From the NCBI GenBank assembly GCA_965644295.1, contig CBFFRP010000020.1, positions 1 through 64,000 on the forward strand: a stretch of DNA of 64,000 nt, in the 5' to 3' direction. This document shows, piece by piece, positions 33,995 to 48,500 of the stretch. This stretch comes from Paraphysomonas bandaiensis. Taxonomy: Eukaryota > Protista > Chrysophyceae. Position 1 is the stretch's first letter. The number at the start of each line of letters is the position of its first letter. A model generated the notes under the pieces. It did no database searches and had not been told where the DNA came from. It saw only the letters and a program-made list of their open reading frames with translations. A program made the translations under genes and the position numbers.

Positions 33995-36900
33995 ATGGAT
34001 TTTAGAGATATTGGATTTGGTATATTAGAATTATTAGAAAACAACTCAATTAAGTCAAATGGACCAGGATTTATAGTAATAAATCATACACATCATTCAT
34101 ATAGGAAACCCCTGTATATAACAGACAATCATATTAAAAATATCTATCCAAAGATAAATAAAACATTTTTATTATGTAAATATATTAAATTAATTATAGA
34201 AACGAATGAGGTATACAGTCATGTATTTTATTTATTGTATGATTCTAATATATATTTGTATGTATATATATATCACAGTATTTTAGGGTTCGGTTTGATT
34301 ATATACAATCAAATGAAATTGTAATTGTGATATCTTTTAATGTTAAAGCAAATATTAGTCGAATGGATACAAGATGGAGAGATGTAGCTGGTATGTGGAT
34401 ATATTTGTTGCTGTATTGATGAATAACGTTGGATTGTAAAGCGTCTCTCTTCTCATGGTTATGTGATGACTGGTCTATCTATGATAATGGTGTAAGCTCT
34501 TTGAAGGCTTTATATTCACGCCCCACGGAATCACATCGCAATAGTTTGCTTGGAGTATTCGACCAAATTCCCAAACCTGTAATAACGCTACGTCATCGCA
34601 GCACACCTGGATTCAGAAACAGAATATGCCTGGAGGGCTTATCTAGAGATATAGTTAGCATAGTAATGAAGTACTTGGATGTGCGGTCACTACAGTCTTT
34701 GATGTGTTGTAACTGGAACTTCAAAGAGAGTTCATTGTCTATATTTCCAGGACTACTATTAGAGTTGTATAAACATCAACGAACTTCTGGTACGAGTCTG
34801 TGTTTTATCATGTCGTGATTCTGGTTTATTGTATATATCGATTGTTCATAGTAGCAAGATAAATGTCGTTCTGTGGCACACGCCAAGTGATATGTGTTTG
34901 TAGTGTGGTGGATGATGAGACAAGAAGCGTTATATGACCATGCCAACCAGCGTTCACCCTTTTTGAGATCTCTCACTTGTCGACCGCTATTGAACTGTGT
35001 CACTGACAAGCCATTCTACTCTGACTGTGTGAAAAATAACACATCTGATGAGAATAATTATGAATTCATTGATCGTAAGGACGATGGGGTCATGAATGTC
35101 GTCTATGATTACGCTGCCGATATTCTATATACGTCCTCAGGAACGGATGGGGACAGTGAAAAGATGGTGAGAGGTGGATTGCTCTGCGATGAGCCTGGAT
35201 TGGTGAGTAGGTTTTATTTATTTAAATTTTGTAGGGGACAATTTCATGTGTAGCTACATATTCTTGCAGATTTTAGATGTATGTCATATGTTGAAATATC
35301 TGATGATGCCATATTGTTCGTGTGTATGGCAAGTTCGTAGTCCTAGCCACCCTCTCCAACACTTGGTGATTTTGTCTTTGCTAGGGGAAGACAATAACTC
35401 TTCTTGCACTGGTGCTGCAAACATCTGGAATTGAGTCAATTCCTAAGAATGAGCATCTTATTGCCAATGGCAATAAGATTTGTAGACAGTCCACGCATTC
35501 ATCCATACCATCGACTCCAAGTATGAATCTGCGGTCCCCTCAGTCACGGCGTCGATCTGTGCAACCACAATCACTTTTACCGACCTGCTGCACACTCATA
35601 GTTGTTCCTGATAACCTGCTGAATCAATGGGCGTATCAGATTACAAATCACGTTGACTGCTCAATACTTGGAAAAGTGCATATTGATAGTGACACCTCTT
35701 CGCCACTACCATCAGCCCAGATGCTGTCATCTTGCAAAATTGTAGTTACCACCTTCAAGTACGTTTTTCGTGTGAATAAATGTGGTCTAATATCTCATAG
35801 TTTCCTGTGTAGTATTGTTTTACGGTTGTTATACTCCTTTCATCATGCTGTATATATTGACTTTGAATTACTCTTCTTAACTTCTTTGCATCACTTAGGC
35901 GCTTGTCAGTAGAATGGAAATATGGTCGTCCTGCGTCTATGTTAGATAGTAAAATGCTCAAATGTAGTGATGAGTACCATTCTCCTCTTAGTACCACACC
36001 CCGAAGACACCGACAGAGAAATTCGTTCCCACCAAATTCGCCTGGTGCTTGTACCTACTTATCTCCTTTACTGGAGATATATTGGCTCAGGTATATTGGT
36101 AGGATGTATCAGAGGCGTTGGTATGCGGTCGATATTTTGTATTATAGTTTCTACGTAGTTCTGCACTTAGGCTGAATAAAGTAATCGTTTTTAACCTTTA
36201 ATTGGAGCAGAGTTGTAGTTGACGAAGGGCACCAACTTGGAAAGAGTGTAATAACCAACACTATTCGGATGGGTAATAGCCTATATCTCATGATTAATAT
36301 TATTTTGTACATTGAGTATTTCAAATTTTCTGCACGATTGAATCTCTGTTTGCTGACGAAATATATTTTATGTCATAGCCGAGACACTGGAGTGTGAGCG
36401 TCGATGGATACTGACAGGAACCCCAACGCACTCCCAGAATACGGTGACTACAGGAACTGTGTTAAAACATGTTTTCATGGTACGTTGATGGTATACTAGT
36501 TATGTTTTAGTCATTGATAGAGATTTGTTCGTATTTGTACTTTCCGTTTGTTATATGATGTGCTGTGGTGTACGTACTCAGCTGCTGAAATTTCTTCGAT
36601 ACCAGCCGCTGCGTAGAAGCAATGCGGATCGACTGTGGAAGACATACGTTTCAACTCCCATGGAAAAGGGTGTGTGTGGTTTCAGTTGGGAAAATGGGGC
36701 CCCCGCTACACCTTCAACACCGCTCCGTGCTATTCTTTCACAGGTTCGTGTTTCGCTGACGTGCGTGCGGAACAAGTTGTAGAAGGTGTTTGAATTATAT
36801 ATATTATGTGCTCTGTGCGTGAGTGTTATTTGCATGCTGTCACCTACTGTAGTAATATCTAACGCGCGTAATCATGTACTCTTGAACCTTTTTGGGTTTA

Positions 36901-39139
36901 CAGGTTATGATTCGACACACCAAGGATAACACTAATATTCCAAAGCCAGTAAGTCTATTAGTATACGCGATGTTAGAATACTCACGAATTTTGAACTCTT
37001 GCTTTAGATCTACCACACATCTTTACTGGAAATGAATCGAAGGGAAAGGGAATCATATAATGCTATAACTGCCTTGGCTCAAGCCAATTTAGTTACAACA
37101 GGTGAGGATTAGCATGTAATTCGTTTAATGCAGGTTTCGACATGACTGGCGTACCTTTTTCACGTCACGAAATATTTGTGTTGATACGATATTCGTGTGT
37201 TGACAGGTAAGGACTACATGTACCCTGACGGGCAACACAAGGACTCTTTGCTGCACAAAGACTCCAAGTAAGCTAATTAAAATCAATTAACTCTTCGACA
37301 TTTATGCTTCACATAGAAAGTTTCTGCAAGAAACACTGGCAAATATTCGGTAAGTTTTCCTTGGTGTAGTATGTATGAGCTATCGTTTGCGTATATGTTT
37401 TTATTTAGCGAAAGATATATATTTCTGATAGAAGGAAACAGTTTGAACTGTATGATGGTAAAATTGCGTTTATTGTGCTTTCATGTGTACAGAGTTGCAT
37501 GTTGTGGAGGTGGTCATTCTTCACTCTCTCTGATTCCTGAAGAGAAAAGGAGAGATGCGTGTATACGCATGTTGCGGGAAAAGCTACGATGTAATGATCA
37601 GATTGTCGATAAGGTCTAGTACTGTCTGAGATTTTCATGTGTAAAATTTTTTGTTGTAATTACAGGTTGATAACTTTATAATGGCAACCGTGAAAGGCGA
37701 TCTTTCGCAATGCGAGTGGTGCGGAATTCAAATTCCTCTTCTGGTAAGAATTTGAAATTGCATTGACTGGTTGGAACTGAAAATTCGTCGATTGTGATGT
37801 AACGTACTGCTATTATGTACTTAGCTTATTGCCCCATGTGGTCATCTTCAATGCCCTGAATGTATGGAGAATACTCCCCGAGATTCCATGGTAGTATACT
37901 ACGCATTGAGGACTATCTGTGTTCTCATCTATTTAAAACGGAATATAGGGAGATTATTGTGTGTGCTGCAAATCACGATTTGATTGGAATGATCTTCAGA
38001 GACTACAGCCTGGTTTTGAAGCTTCAAACTATGTGTTTGATACTTCGTCGCCATCGTCGCTTGAAGCAGCCGATGGTATCTTGAAGTGTTGTGTGCTGCC
38101 AGAACTCACATTATTGTTCGTAAAGATAGCAATATCAGAATAAGCACGAAAGCTAACCACGTGGTAGTAAAAGTGAGTGTGCAGTTCTGCACTGCGACCA
38201 TGGCATTATTATTTTGATAGATCAAAGCTCTGGAGAGGCGTTTTTTCGAGAGGCAAAAGCAACTGAAAGGAACGGACTGGTATTGTTCAACACTCGTAAA
38301 TTTTGATGTACATTAGTTTTTCTCTGTACTGGTGTAGGAAATTCGAGCGCAACTCCACACCAAAAGTAATAGTATTCAGTCAGTTTTTCGAGTTTCTGGA
38401 CAGTATGGCAGCTGATCTCAAGCAAGCTGGTCAGTATGACATATTATGTGTTAGATATATAAATTCCGTTTACCACTAAGACCATTAATCATCATCATAT
38501 GCCACTTAGGAATCAGCTATGTTTACTTTGTTGGGAAAAACAAAGCGCGTGAGCTCCGGCGGTTCTCATCCGACCCCACTGTTCGTGTGCTCTTTCTAAC
38601 GAGGTATAATCCCAATTCATTTTGAATACTTTGTGTGCAATTGATACATTTGCTACATGTTATTTGTTTGATTAAAACATTTGATTAGGGAAGGCTCCCA
38701 TGGACTGGATTTATCTTATGTGACCCATATTTTCTTGATGGACTCTATATTAGACGATTCTTTGTTCCAACAGGTTATAAGTCGAGCCTATAGAATGGGA
38801 TCTCGACAGTCCGTTGAAGTGGATCAACTTATAATGAAGGACACTATAGAAGAAGTTATTCACAGGCACATTTCTAGTATATTGTTTTCATCTAGATTCA
38901 TGCGTTTTATACAGTATGCGCCAAAATCAAGCGATGGTCTCCCCCGATACCACTGAAACTAGGAAACCCGTGCCTAGGTGTGTTTAGCAATTATATATTA
39001 TTCATCACTAAGTAATTGTTAATCTCACAGAGCGGGTAGCTCTGAGAACGCCCCCACAATGAATTATCTTGTTAAGCAACTACGATTGCTACGGTATAGC
39101 CATGACAATTCTGGTGTACTTCAAGAAATTGCATTATAA
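33995..39139 (+). CDS. F-box / SNF2 helicase / RING protein (RAD5/16-like group), multi-exon
   Basis: F-box-like LEGLSRDIVSIVMKYLD; helicase motifs LYKHQ, GGLLCDEPGLGKT, TLIVVP..LLNQW, WLRVVVDEGH, RWILTGTP; RING CEWC..PCGH.QCPEC; GLDLS..THIFLMD..QVISRAYRMG. Confidence 0.85.
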
Positions 39140-39239
39140 ATTCTTTTTTTGCTTACCATGGACAAGTATAGAGAGCTGTAAATTTCAAGTGATCGAGGAA
39201 AATTGCATAGTCAGCTATAACATATACCTATGAGAGTGT

Positions 39240-40975
39240 TATAACACGAGGATACATTAGTAAATATATGTAAATTTTAAGGATAGTAATATTATAACTT
39301 TTGGGATTAATCTCGTCAAAGATAAAATGATTCAAACCAGTCAACATTTTATTTTAAAGAGGAATTATATATGGAATATTCATATAGTCGTGTAGAACAC
39401 TGAATTTACCTCATTCTGTTAGTAGGTGGTGTGTGAGGAGATAGCGAAGTTTTGGTGTCGTAGTAATTAGTAATGCGATTGTACTCTTCATGTAACATTA
39501 GTGTATACTTCTTATTGATGTTGGGATGTTTGTTTAGATGCTCTCCGAGCCAGTAAAATTTCCTATGGAGGGGAGCAAGTATCTTGGACAGGGAGAACCT
39601 TTCACCTACGATGTATCCAACGAACTGCAAATCCTTTCAAGATGCGGTTTAGTTAAGTAACTTCGTAACCAATCATTTGAGTATGTTGCTTTGTGTGTGA
39701 AGTCGCTGCATGTGGTTGTCATCAAGCGTGCGTAACAATTAATTGGTTTTAAAAGTGATCATTTCAATCATTATTATTGGTAAATGTTGCCAATAAATTG
39801 CAAATAATTGGCAGGCTAAATTATATTATATAGCATCTTAAGATGTATCGCTACTGATCATAGTAGGTACAAACCCATTATCTGTTAGCATAAGAGTTTG
39901 GATGTATGTGCACAGTCATGTTATCATCTTAGTAATCATAGTTGTGTGGGACAGTCAGTATACGGGACTTTAACCTTAGCACACAAGAGAGTAATATGGC
40001 ATGTCAAAGATCGTTGGCAAAGAACAAACTGAGCACCTCCACAATGACCGTCTCGATACAATGCATATAAGGTAATTGCAGTTATTCAACTGCTTCGAAA
40101 TATTCAAGTATAGTAGTGTAAATGATGTTGTATATATGTGTTTCCGGTACCACTATCAGAGGAAGAGAAGTATGTGGGTATACAATAGTAATGGACTAGA
40201 ATCAATGGATAGCCATGATGCTTATCATTATTTTTTATTCAACAAGATGGTATCGTATGAACAATTTTCACGAGTATATTTTGAACTAAAAGAGGAACTA
40301 CCAAACGGACGGGGTTTGTAAATGGCAATGCAGAGAGAATATCAACAATTGACCCGCGCTGAAAAAGTACAGGTGCGATGATTTTGATAAACGATGTACC
40401 TGCACACAAAGGTACTCGATGAAGAGAAAGATGAGGAGGAGGAAGACAAGGCCATTCGATTACTTAAAGTCAACCGAAAGCGCAAAGAGGCACGCATCAA
40501 ACTGCCAACACTATATAGTTGCATGCAACATTTGTATAGCACTACCACTTTTTGTGAGGGGTTGTCTATAGCTGAGCTTTTTGCAGGAGAATACATTGGC
40601 ACCTAGACACCTTGAAATGTTGATGTTTCTGCGTAAAAATCGGCATCTTTGGATATTCTGTTCAGAGAACGAATAAGAGTGGAGTCCGGCCTAAGCTACT
40701 TGAGTGGTGGAGTCCTGTCTATGCTACTATGAAGTATCTCCTTCTATACTCGAGCTTTGCTTTGACCTGATCTATGATCTATCTATGATCTATGCCGCGT
40801 TGGTTTCACTTTACCTGCTGTGTGACTTCATCGTTCAGTAATGCGTAGTTATATGCGAGTGCAATTGTTGACTAGGCTTATAACTAAAATTGACTAGGTT
40901 GAATTATTTATTACTTTGACAAGGTATTTACTAAATATTTACACCAAAAATAGTGTGACGAGGTAATTCCACATT
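39240..40975. mobile_element. Probable old TIR-type element relic containing stop-interrupted ORFs
   Basis: ctcgtcaaagataaaatgattcaaaccagtcaa (~39312-39344) resembles the reverse complement of ttgactaggttgaattatttattactttgacaag (~40890-40923); internal plus-strand frames 39990-40770 are broken by stops. Confidence 0.4.
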
Positions 40976-41276
40976 CCACCAATTTACTGGGTTGAATAAT
41001 ATTTCCCTGTTCAACAATTCAATTCGTAATCCTGCTCACAATAAAGAGGGTTTACTTCTGTAATTACAACACTACGTAGTCTACGGAACTAATGCTGTGA
41101 AAAACGCCAGATATCTTCAGATCGGACTTCAAAAATCCCATTGTTACTGTTCTTGTTACTACTATTAAACTGTATGGGTCAGTAAACATGTATCTCACTT
41201 TTCACAGGTAACAACTTAGAATAAGAGATGAATTGTTTACAGCACTGCTATCAGGAAATTTACGCCAAAGGGTTAG

Positions 41277-44200
41277 TTAAACCCACTCCATTCGCTCAGC
41301 CGCGGAGAAACTTGACACATTCCTCAACCAGCGAGAAATTTGGGGAGTCGTGGGGTGGGACGCAACCCATGCCGTGATTTCATCTTGATTGTTGGAGCCA
41401 ACTAAGGCAGTCAAAACCCTGTGAAAGACACACGAAAATAAGCATTTGTATATAGGTAAATATTTCCATGGTTGATAGAAATACGCATAGTTGTGGACAG
41501 ACAATTCACGCAAACGTACTTGCTGTCCTCTGCTGATGGAGAATAGCCTGAAACGTAGCTAAACACCTTCAGTTTCGCTTCCAGCAATGCTAAATCAACA
41601 GTTCCTTTATTCCAAACAGACGACGAGGCCGATATTTGAGTCACAGTAGCGGGTGCTGGGGCGGCGACCTTCTCCGGTTTAGGCTCAGGCTTTTTGGCAG
41701 CTGGAGCAGTTTTAGGTTTCTCTTTTGCAGGCACTTTCTCTTTAGGAGCCTTGTCCTTCTTACTTCCCTGCGGGGCTGCTCCAGGGGCGACATAATCCTT
41801 TCCGGTCATGCCCTTATACTGGGCCTTTAGAGCAAGTAGCTCATCTACTTTGGCTTTGATAGTATCTTTATCAGCCTGCATGTACGCAGCGATTACGAAT
41901 ACTCGTGAGCCTAATAGTCAGGTAGTTTCATTCATTCAACAAATAATACTACCTTGGCGGCTTTAAGATCACGGATCTCATTCCCCTTAGAAGTGATGGA
42001 CTTAACTAAATCTCCCTCGGGCCCATCAGGAATTGGCGCAGGTGACGCTGTTGAGGGAGCGCTAGCCTTCTCTTTGGGAGCCTTGTCCTTCTTACTTCCC
42101 TGCGGGGCTGCTCCAGGGGCGACATAATCCTTTCCGGTCATGTCCTTATACTGGGCCTTTAGAGCAAGTAGCTCATCTACTTTGGTTTTGATGGTGTTCT
42201 TATCGGCCTACCAAATAACATCAGTTTCACAGTTGCGAGAACGATAACCCTACTTTAGCGGCCTTTAAGTCTCGGATCTCGTCACCCTTAGAGATGATAG
42301 ATTTAACGAGTTCACCCTCAGGTCCCGACACCTCAGCAGCAGGCTGAGTAGAATCTTTTGCTTTCGCAGGAGCGGCGTCAGCAGTTTTGGCCTTCGGGGC
42401 CGCGGTTTTGGCAGGTTTGGAAGAAACAGCTGGGGGAATAGATGGGGCAAGTTTGGAGTCGCGAACGAAGGGCATAAAGGTCATACCCCCCATAAAAGGG
42501 ACCAGCACATCGGGAATGCGTACACCGTCAGCTTCCTGTAACGTACATTGCGTATTAGCAAGGCTTCCAACAACAGCTTATCGTTCGAAAGCAAAGCGTA
42601 AGAATTACGAGTTCATAAGGATCGGCACAATTCACTACACAGGAAATAGCACTGACCTGATACGTCTCCAGCAGACAGCAAATTGCTCTGCCTGTAGCGC
42701 AAAGGGTGGAGTTTAGCATGTGAACATACTTCTTCTCGCGATCGCCAAGCTTTTTGATACCACAACGAATCTCCATAGCTCTGTCATTTTATTTGAAAAG
42801 GACATTTGTCAGCTGCATATAGTACAACCACCGCACTCATGTACTCCAATACACGTCAATGCAACAGTACGTCACTCCACACACACCTGCTCTGATAGTC
42901 CGTGCAATTGGAACAAGAGACCAGCTCACGGTAAGCGTTATAACCAGGAAACCAGCACTCAATGTCATACTTTCTGACAGCAGCATTATTAAGAGCACCT
43001 AAAGAAGCATGACATAAGTTAGAGGTAAATTATGACAATTAAAGTAGTGTATTACATATCACGGTTATACATAAAAAAGACATGTGCTTACCAGATACAA
43101 TGTTGATGACTTGATAAGGGAATCCAAGACTTTGGTAAAACTCCTCAGCAGCAAGGGACATCTCTTCCTGCATGGCCTGACTTGCCGCCAGGTCACCTTC
43201 GACAATCACAAACTGCTCAACCTATTCATGCAAGTACTTTAAATTATATAGAAGCAAGAAAATATTGTAAATTCTCATATATTGAAAAGACCAAACTTGT
43301 AGCGCCTACATAGCAGCGAACTAACCTTTTCGAACTGATGGACTCTAAATATGCCCCACGTATCCTTTCCACCTGATCCGGCCTCCTTGCGGAAGCACGT
43401 CGACACACCCGAATATCTGTACGCATGACCACATTTAAGAATATTGAAAGTGCAGTTTTTTCACATGGGCTTAGCAACAGCAACGACCCGCAGCAACATC
43501 AGCCAAGCTTACCTCAATGGTAACTGTTTCTCATCTAGCCAGTCATTCATGTGGTATCCACAGATGGGTTGCTCAGATGTGGCAATCAAGTACATATCCT
43601 CGTGCCCGCCTAAGATAAGACAATATTGAGCAACTAGCAGATCAAAACGCACATATATGGAGTGTACAACTACAGCAATCGCTAAGGTATGCATCATACA
43701 TCAACGCGTTGTGTTAACTAATAAGAGCACAGACAAAACTCACCTGAGACCTTATACAGCTCCTCGTCAAACTGCTCCAGTTGTGCCACACCACTCATCA
43801 CAGATTTCTTCATCATGTACGGGGGCTGAAGCATAGTGTAGTTACGCTTACGTAGGAAGGCAATGCTGTAGTTGATGAAGGCCTGGTTGAGCATAACACC
43901 AACGTCGCGAAGGAAATATCCACGATGGCCAGCAACACCCACTCCACGTTCAGGCTCATATCCACCAATGCGCCACAGTAAATCATGATGGTTAAGAAGC
44001 CCTATGTACATATGAATAAGTACTGTTATTGCAATCCATATCTATATATAAGTACCTTCAGGATCTCTAGGTGTCCCCCATGTACGAATAACTTTATTAT
44101 CCGCATCCTCATCTTGACTAATAGGAACTGTATCATCTACAATATTACCAACTTTACCAACAAGTGAATCAATTTCATTTTTTAATAAAGTTTTTTCTTG

Positions 44201-44476
44201 TTCTTTTTGTATAATTTCATCCCCAATATCTTTAATACGTTTAACCATTTCATCACATGATTCTTTTGCTTTCATTTTCTTCGCAACATCTTTTTGTATA
44301 GAATTTCTTTCTTTTTTTAATAAATCAATTGCACCAGTAGTACGACGCCATATATCATCTTTTGATATGATGTTATCAATTAATTCAACTGATGCAAAAC
44401 GACGACGTTGTGATTCTTTAATTTTCTCAGGATTACCACCCTGATCTTCACGAAACATACGTATATCTAATGGCAT
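41277..44476 (-). CDS. SARS1: Cytosolic seryl-tRNA synthetase with two C-terminal WHEP repeats and an eEF1B-N/GST-C-like terminal domain (multi-exon)
   Basis: [85 protein letters not shown]. Confidence 0.93.
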
Positions 44477-44670
44477 TTTTGATGAGATGTTATGATAGTT
44501 GGTAAAGAGGTTACTGTAATGTGGTTTAGGAATGGATGTATATATATATGTATGTATGTGGTAATGAGATGAACCAAACCATATGAGAGAGAGATGAACC
44601 ATATAGACCACACCTCACCACACAACCCGCACCAACCACAACTCTCATTCCACCAATCGCTCTCTCGGAG

Positions 44671-45424
44671 TACATACATACATACATACATACATACATA
44701 CATACATACATACATACATACATACATACATACATACATACATACATACATACATACATACATACATACATACATACATACATACATACATACATACATA
44801 CATACATACATACATACATACATACATACATACATACATACATACATACATACATACATACATACGTACATACATACATACATACATACATACATACATA
44901 CATACATACATACATACATACATACATACATACATACATACATACATACATACATACATACATACATACATACATACGTACATACATACATACATACATA
45001 CATACATACATACATACATACATACATACATACATACATACATACATACATACATACATACATACATACATACATACATACATACATACGTACATACATA
45101 CATACATACATACATACATACATACATACATACATACATACATACATACATACATACATACATACATACATACATACATACATACATACGTACATACATA
45201 CATACATACATACATACATACATACATACATACATACATACATACATACATACATACGTACATACATACATACATACATACATACATACATACATACGTA
45301 CATACATACATACATACATACATACATACATACATACATACATACATACATACATACATACATACATACATACATACATACATACATACATACATACATA
45401 CATACATACATACATACATACATG
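44671..45424. repeat. (TACA)n microsatellite, ~750 bp, with sparse TACG variants
   Basis: Direct observation; lies between two divergently oriented genes. Confidence 0.99.
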
Positions 45425-45568
45425 CATATCAGTTATGGGGGGGTATTCTTGCTTGTATTTGAATGTCATGAGAGTTGATGGAAATCTATAGCAGGCAGGA
45501 ATATCATAATAGTATATCAGTATATGAGTATGTTATGTTAGGTGTCATAAACTAATACAGTGTGAAAC

Positions 45569-48500
45569 ATGTATAGATCTATGTCCCGTCAACCTTTTGT
45601 TGAGGGTACAGAAACATATGATCACTATGATGAAGAGTCGAATCCAAGTAATGAGAAAGATGGCCTCTTCCTGACTGCTATAGGCGATACAGCTGTATCT
45701 AATCAACCAACTGATAAGCCGAATGTTACTATTAATACATCTCTTCAGAGTAAACTGATTGCGAATGTATGATTATAAATTATATGGTGAGTGTTCTAAT
45801 GATTCATTGTGTAGGTTAGTCTCTCACATTATCCACTTAAAGTCTATGAAGAGAATGGTATATTATACAGGAAAATACTTGTATCAAATACTTAATGATG
45901 ATTATAGGTCCCTTGCAGCCTGGTTATTTGTTTTATCATATGTTAATGTATAGCAACAAACTGGAAATACCTCTTCCAGACACCTTAATCGTGGATGGGT
46001 CTATGGTGTGCCATCTTTTTCTTGATAAAAGTGGTCGAATTCGTAAAGCCAAACCTGACTTTGATTCTGATGAGTTGAAGGATGGGTTCATTGCCGGTGT
46101 AGTAGATAGATTTGTTCACAATTCGGTATCGGTTCTGCATGGCACGAAGAAACCCAAAGAACACATTTCTCAGAGATCTGTAGGCGTCATAAAAAAGCCC
46201 ACATGGAAAACTCATGTAACTAATCATACTGAGCCTATAACGGCCTTGGCAGTTCAGTCATATACGGCTGGTGCTATGCAGGCTGGAAATTCTGACAGCT
46301 TTATCCTCCAGAAATTTATTAAGTCTCGTGGCAGACGACCAGCTATTAACCGACTAGTTTGGAAGATGGGGATGGACAATGTGGGCCCCACCGGACGGAG
46401 CATAGTTGGATGGAACGTATATTCGAAAGATCAATTTACAACAGGTGTATCTGAGCAGAAGGACGATAAAAATTCCCAAGTTGTCATAAATAAGCTGAAG
46501 CGGAGGTAAAATCGTGGCTATTTCTGCTGTGACCGTGTATGTATTTCTACCTGAGTGCTCTTGCGCTGTGAATTCTAGTATCATATCTCTAATGTACTTT
46601 GTACTCCTATATGCCAGAAAATCAGCGGCTATTATTCCAGATGCTTTGCTTAATAAATTTAATGAGTCGGACAGGTATAATGTGTTTAATGTGTACTCAA
46701 TTTAGCACACAATGCATTTTTTAATATGTAAATATATTTCTACGGCAACTGTCTGTGGAACTTGTAATTGGCATATATAGAGATTACTTGGAAGAGTTAC
46801 GCACTCACATGGATTTACCTCCCTCTGAGAGAGGTGTCATTACTCTGAAAGAAACACAGGTGAACATAAACAATAACTAGAGTTGAATTGTGTATATTTC
46901 GATGTCGTCTTTGATATCGGGTGAACAGAATTTTCGTAAATTTGGGTACAAGAATGTGTGCTCGCTGACAGAGGTATCTCTCTCTACTCCTTCATATATA
47001 TATGTATGATTGGCCTGCAGGATGGAGCTGTGACTGAAGAGAAAAGTGAGAAAGTAGTAGCCACCAAGGTTTGTGTGACTATTTAACGGAAGAAGAGAAT
47101 GATATGTTGTGTATTTTACTCTAGTTATCCAGTAGAGCGATCGAAGGGGCCGATATCATTGTTGATAGAGTGGTGAATTTTATTGAAGTACGCACTTGCA
47201 TTTCATATTCTGAATTCACCTTGTTCTGCAGTTATTTGCGCAGAAAAAGCACGGGATGTGTATTAGCGTAGGTAAGCCCGGGTTAACATTCATCATTGTC
47301 CATCTTATCAATGTGTACTTCAGTTGAAATTGTCTGCGACTTTATCAAAGATGACAATGAAAAGTGGTGGTTTACTCAGGTAATCTAACAAAATAGCTCC
47401 ATTGTTGTATACGGTTTCATCATTCACTGCTCAGGTGAAATCAATAAGGTTGTCTCGATCCAGTATACCACAAGTGATTCGCTGGAAAAAGTTTAAAAAA
47501 TCTCAAGAAGATAGTTTTGATTTTGATGATGATGATTCTGATAAGGTAAAACTTATTGTAGGCATAATGATTTGGTGCTGCATTCCGCCAAAGGATGTGC
47601 GTTTCATAGTTGTTTCTTAATATAGAGAGAGACATATTCCAGTCAATACCGAAAAAAGATTCAGGGAGTAAGTGTGTTTACGTTTATCAATTGCATATAT
47701 CACATCCTCATTTAGGCTCTCGAAAAACAAGTTGATGCTATGGGAGTCACGTGCAAACTCTGTGGAAGCTGTTTTCAAGAAGGTACGTATGCCAGCGGCC
47801 TTCTTGTGATGTGTAAGCGATTCTTTGCAGGGGCAAATACGAGGAGCATTGATGATTCGACATCTGATTCTCTTGTTCCTGGTGAACATACACGAGGTGT
47901 GTGAGTTTATGTGATGATGTGCGTGTAATATTTACATCATTATATAGGTGTCTCTAATCACCCAGAAATGAAACTTGCCGATTTTTATGATGGCCCTGCT
48001 GCCAATGAAGCAGTTGCGCAGAGATCGGGAAAAAGTTTAAAATCTGGGAATGCCCGTTCGTCGAAAAAAACTTTTCTGTCGCAGATTTCGGAGGATATTT
48101 CTGCCGGATCATACACGGGTTTGGTACCATGTTTTGGGTATCGGATCACAGACCGTATGGCATGTGCAGTGGCCAGTATTTATCGTGATGCAGAGTTTCC
48201 TCTCACCAAGTATGCTCGAGAACTTTTAATTGAGGAGTCGCGATACAGTTTGGCAGGTATGACGAAACCCCCTGTTACTGTTGCCGACAGCACAATGTTA
48301 AATGGGAAAAAGAAGCGCCTTGGATCGGTCGAAGTCTGTATACACTGTATCCGGGTACGTAGCGTTATATATGCGTAGTCACATAAAGTTATTAACAAAA
48401 CATTTTCGTATTTCCTTGATATTTAAAAGATATACGAAGAGCACTGTCGGTTCAAGGCTGCAGCAAGTAATGTGAGTACTGTAACGTGTTTATGTTGTAG

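Noticed and set aside
33995-39139. F-box + SNF2 + RING fusion as a novelty
   Set aside because: This architecture is already known from plants and other eukaryotes
44671-45424. Telomeric or interstitial telomeric repeat
   Set aside because: TACA lacks the G-rich telomere pattern and sits between genes
44467-45478. 270-320 aa repetitive ORFs
   Set aside because: Same microsatellite artefact
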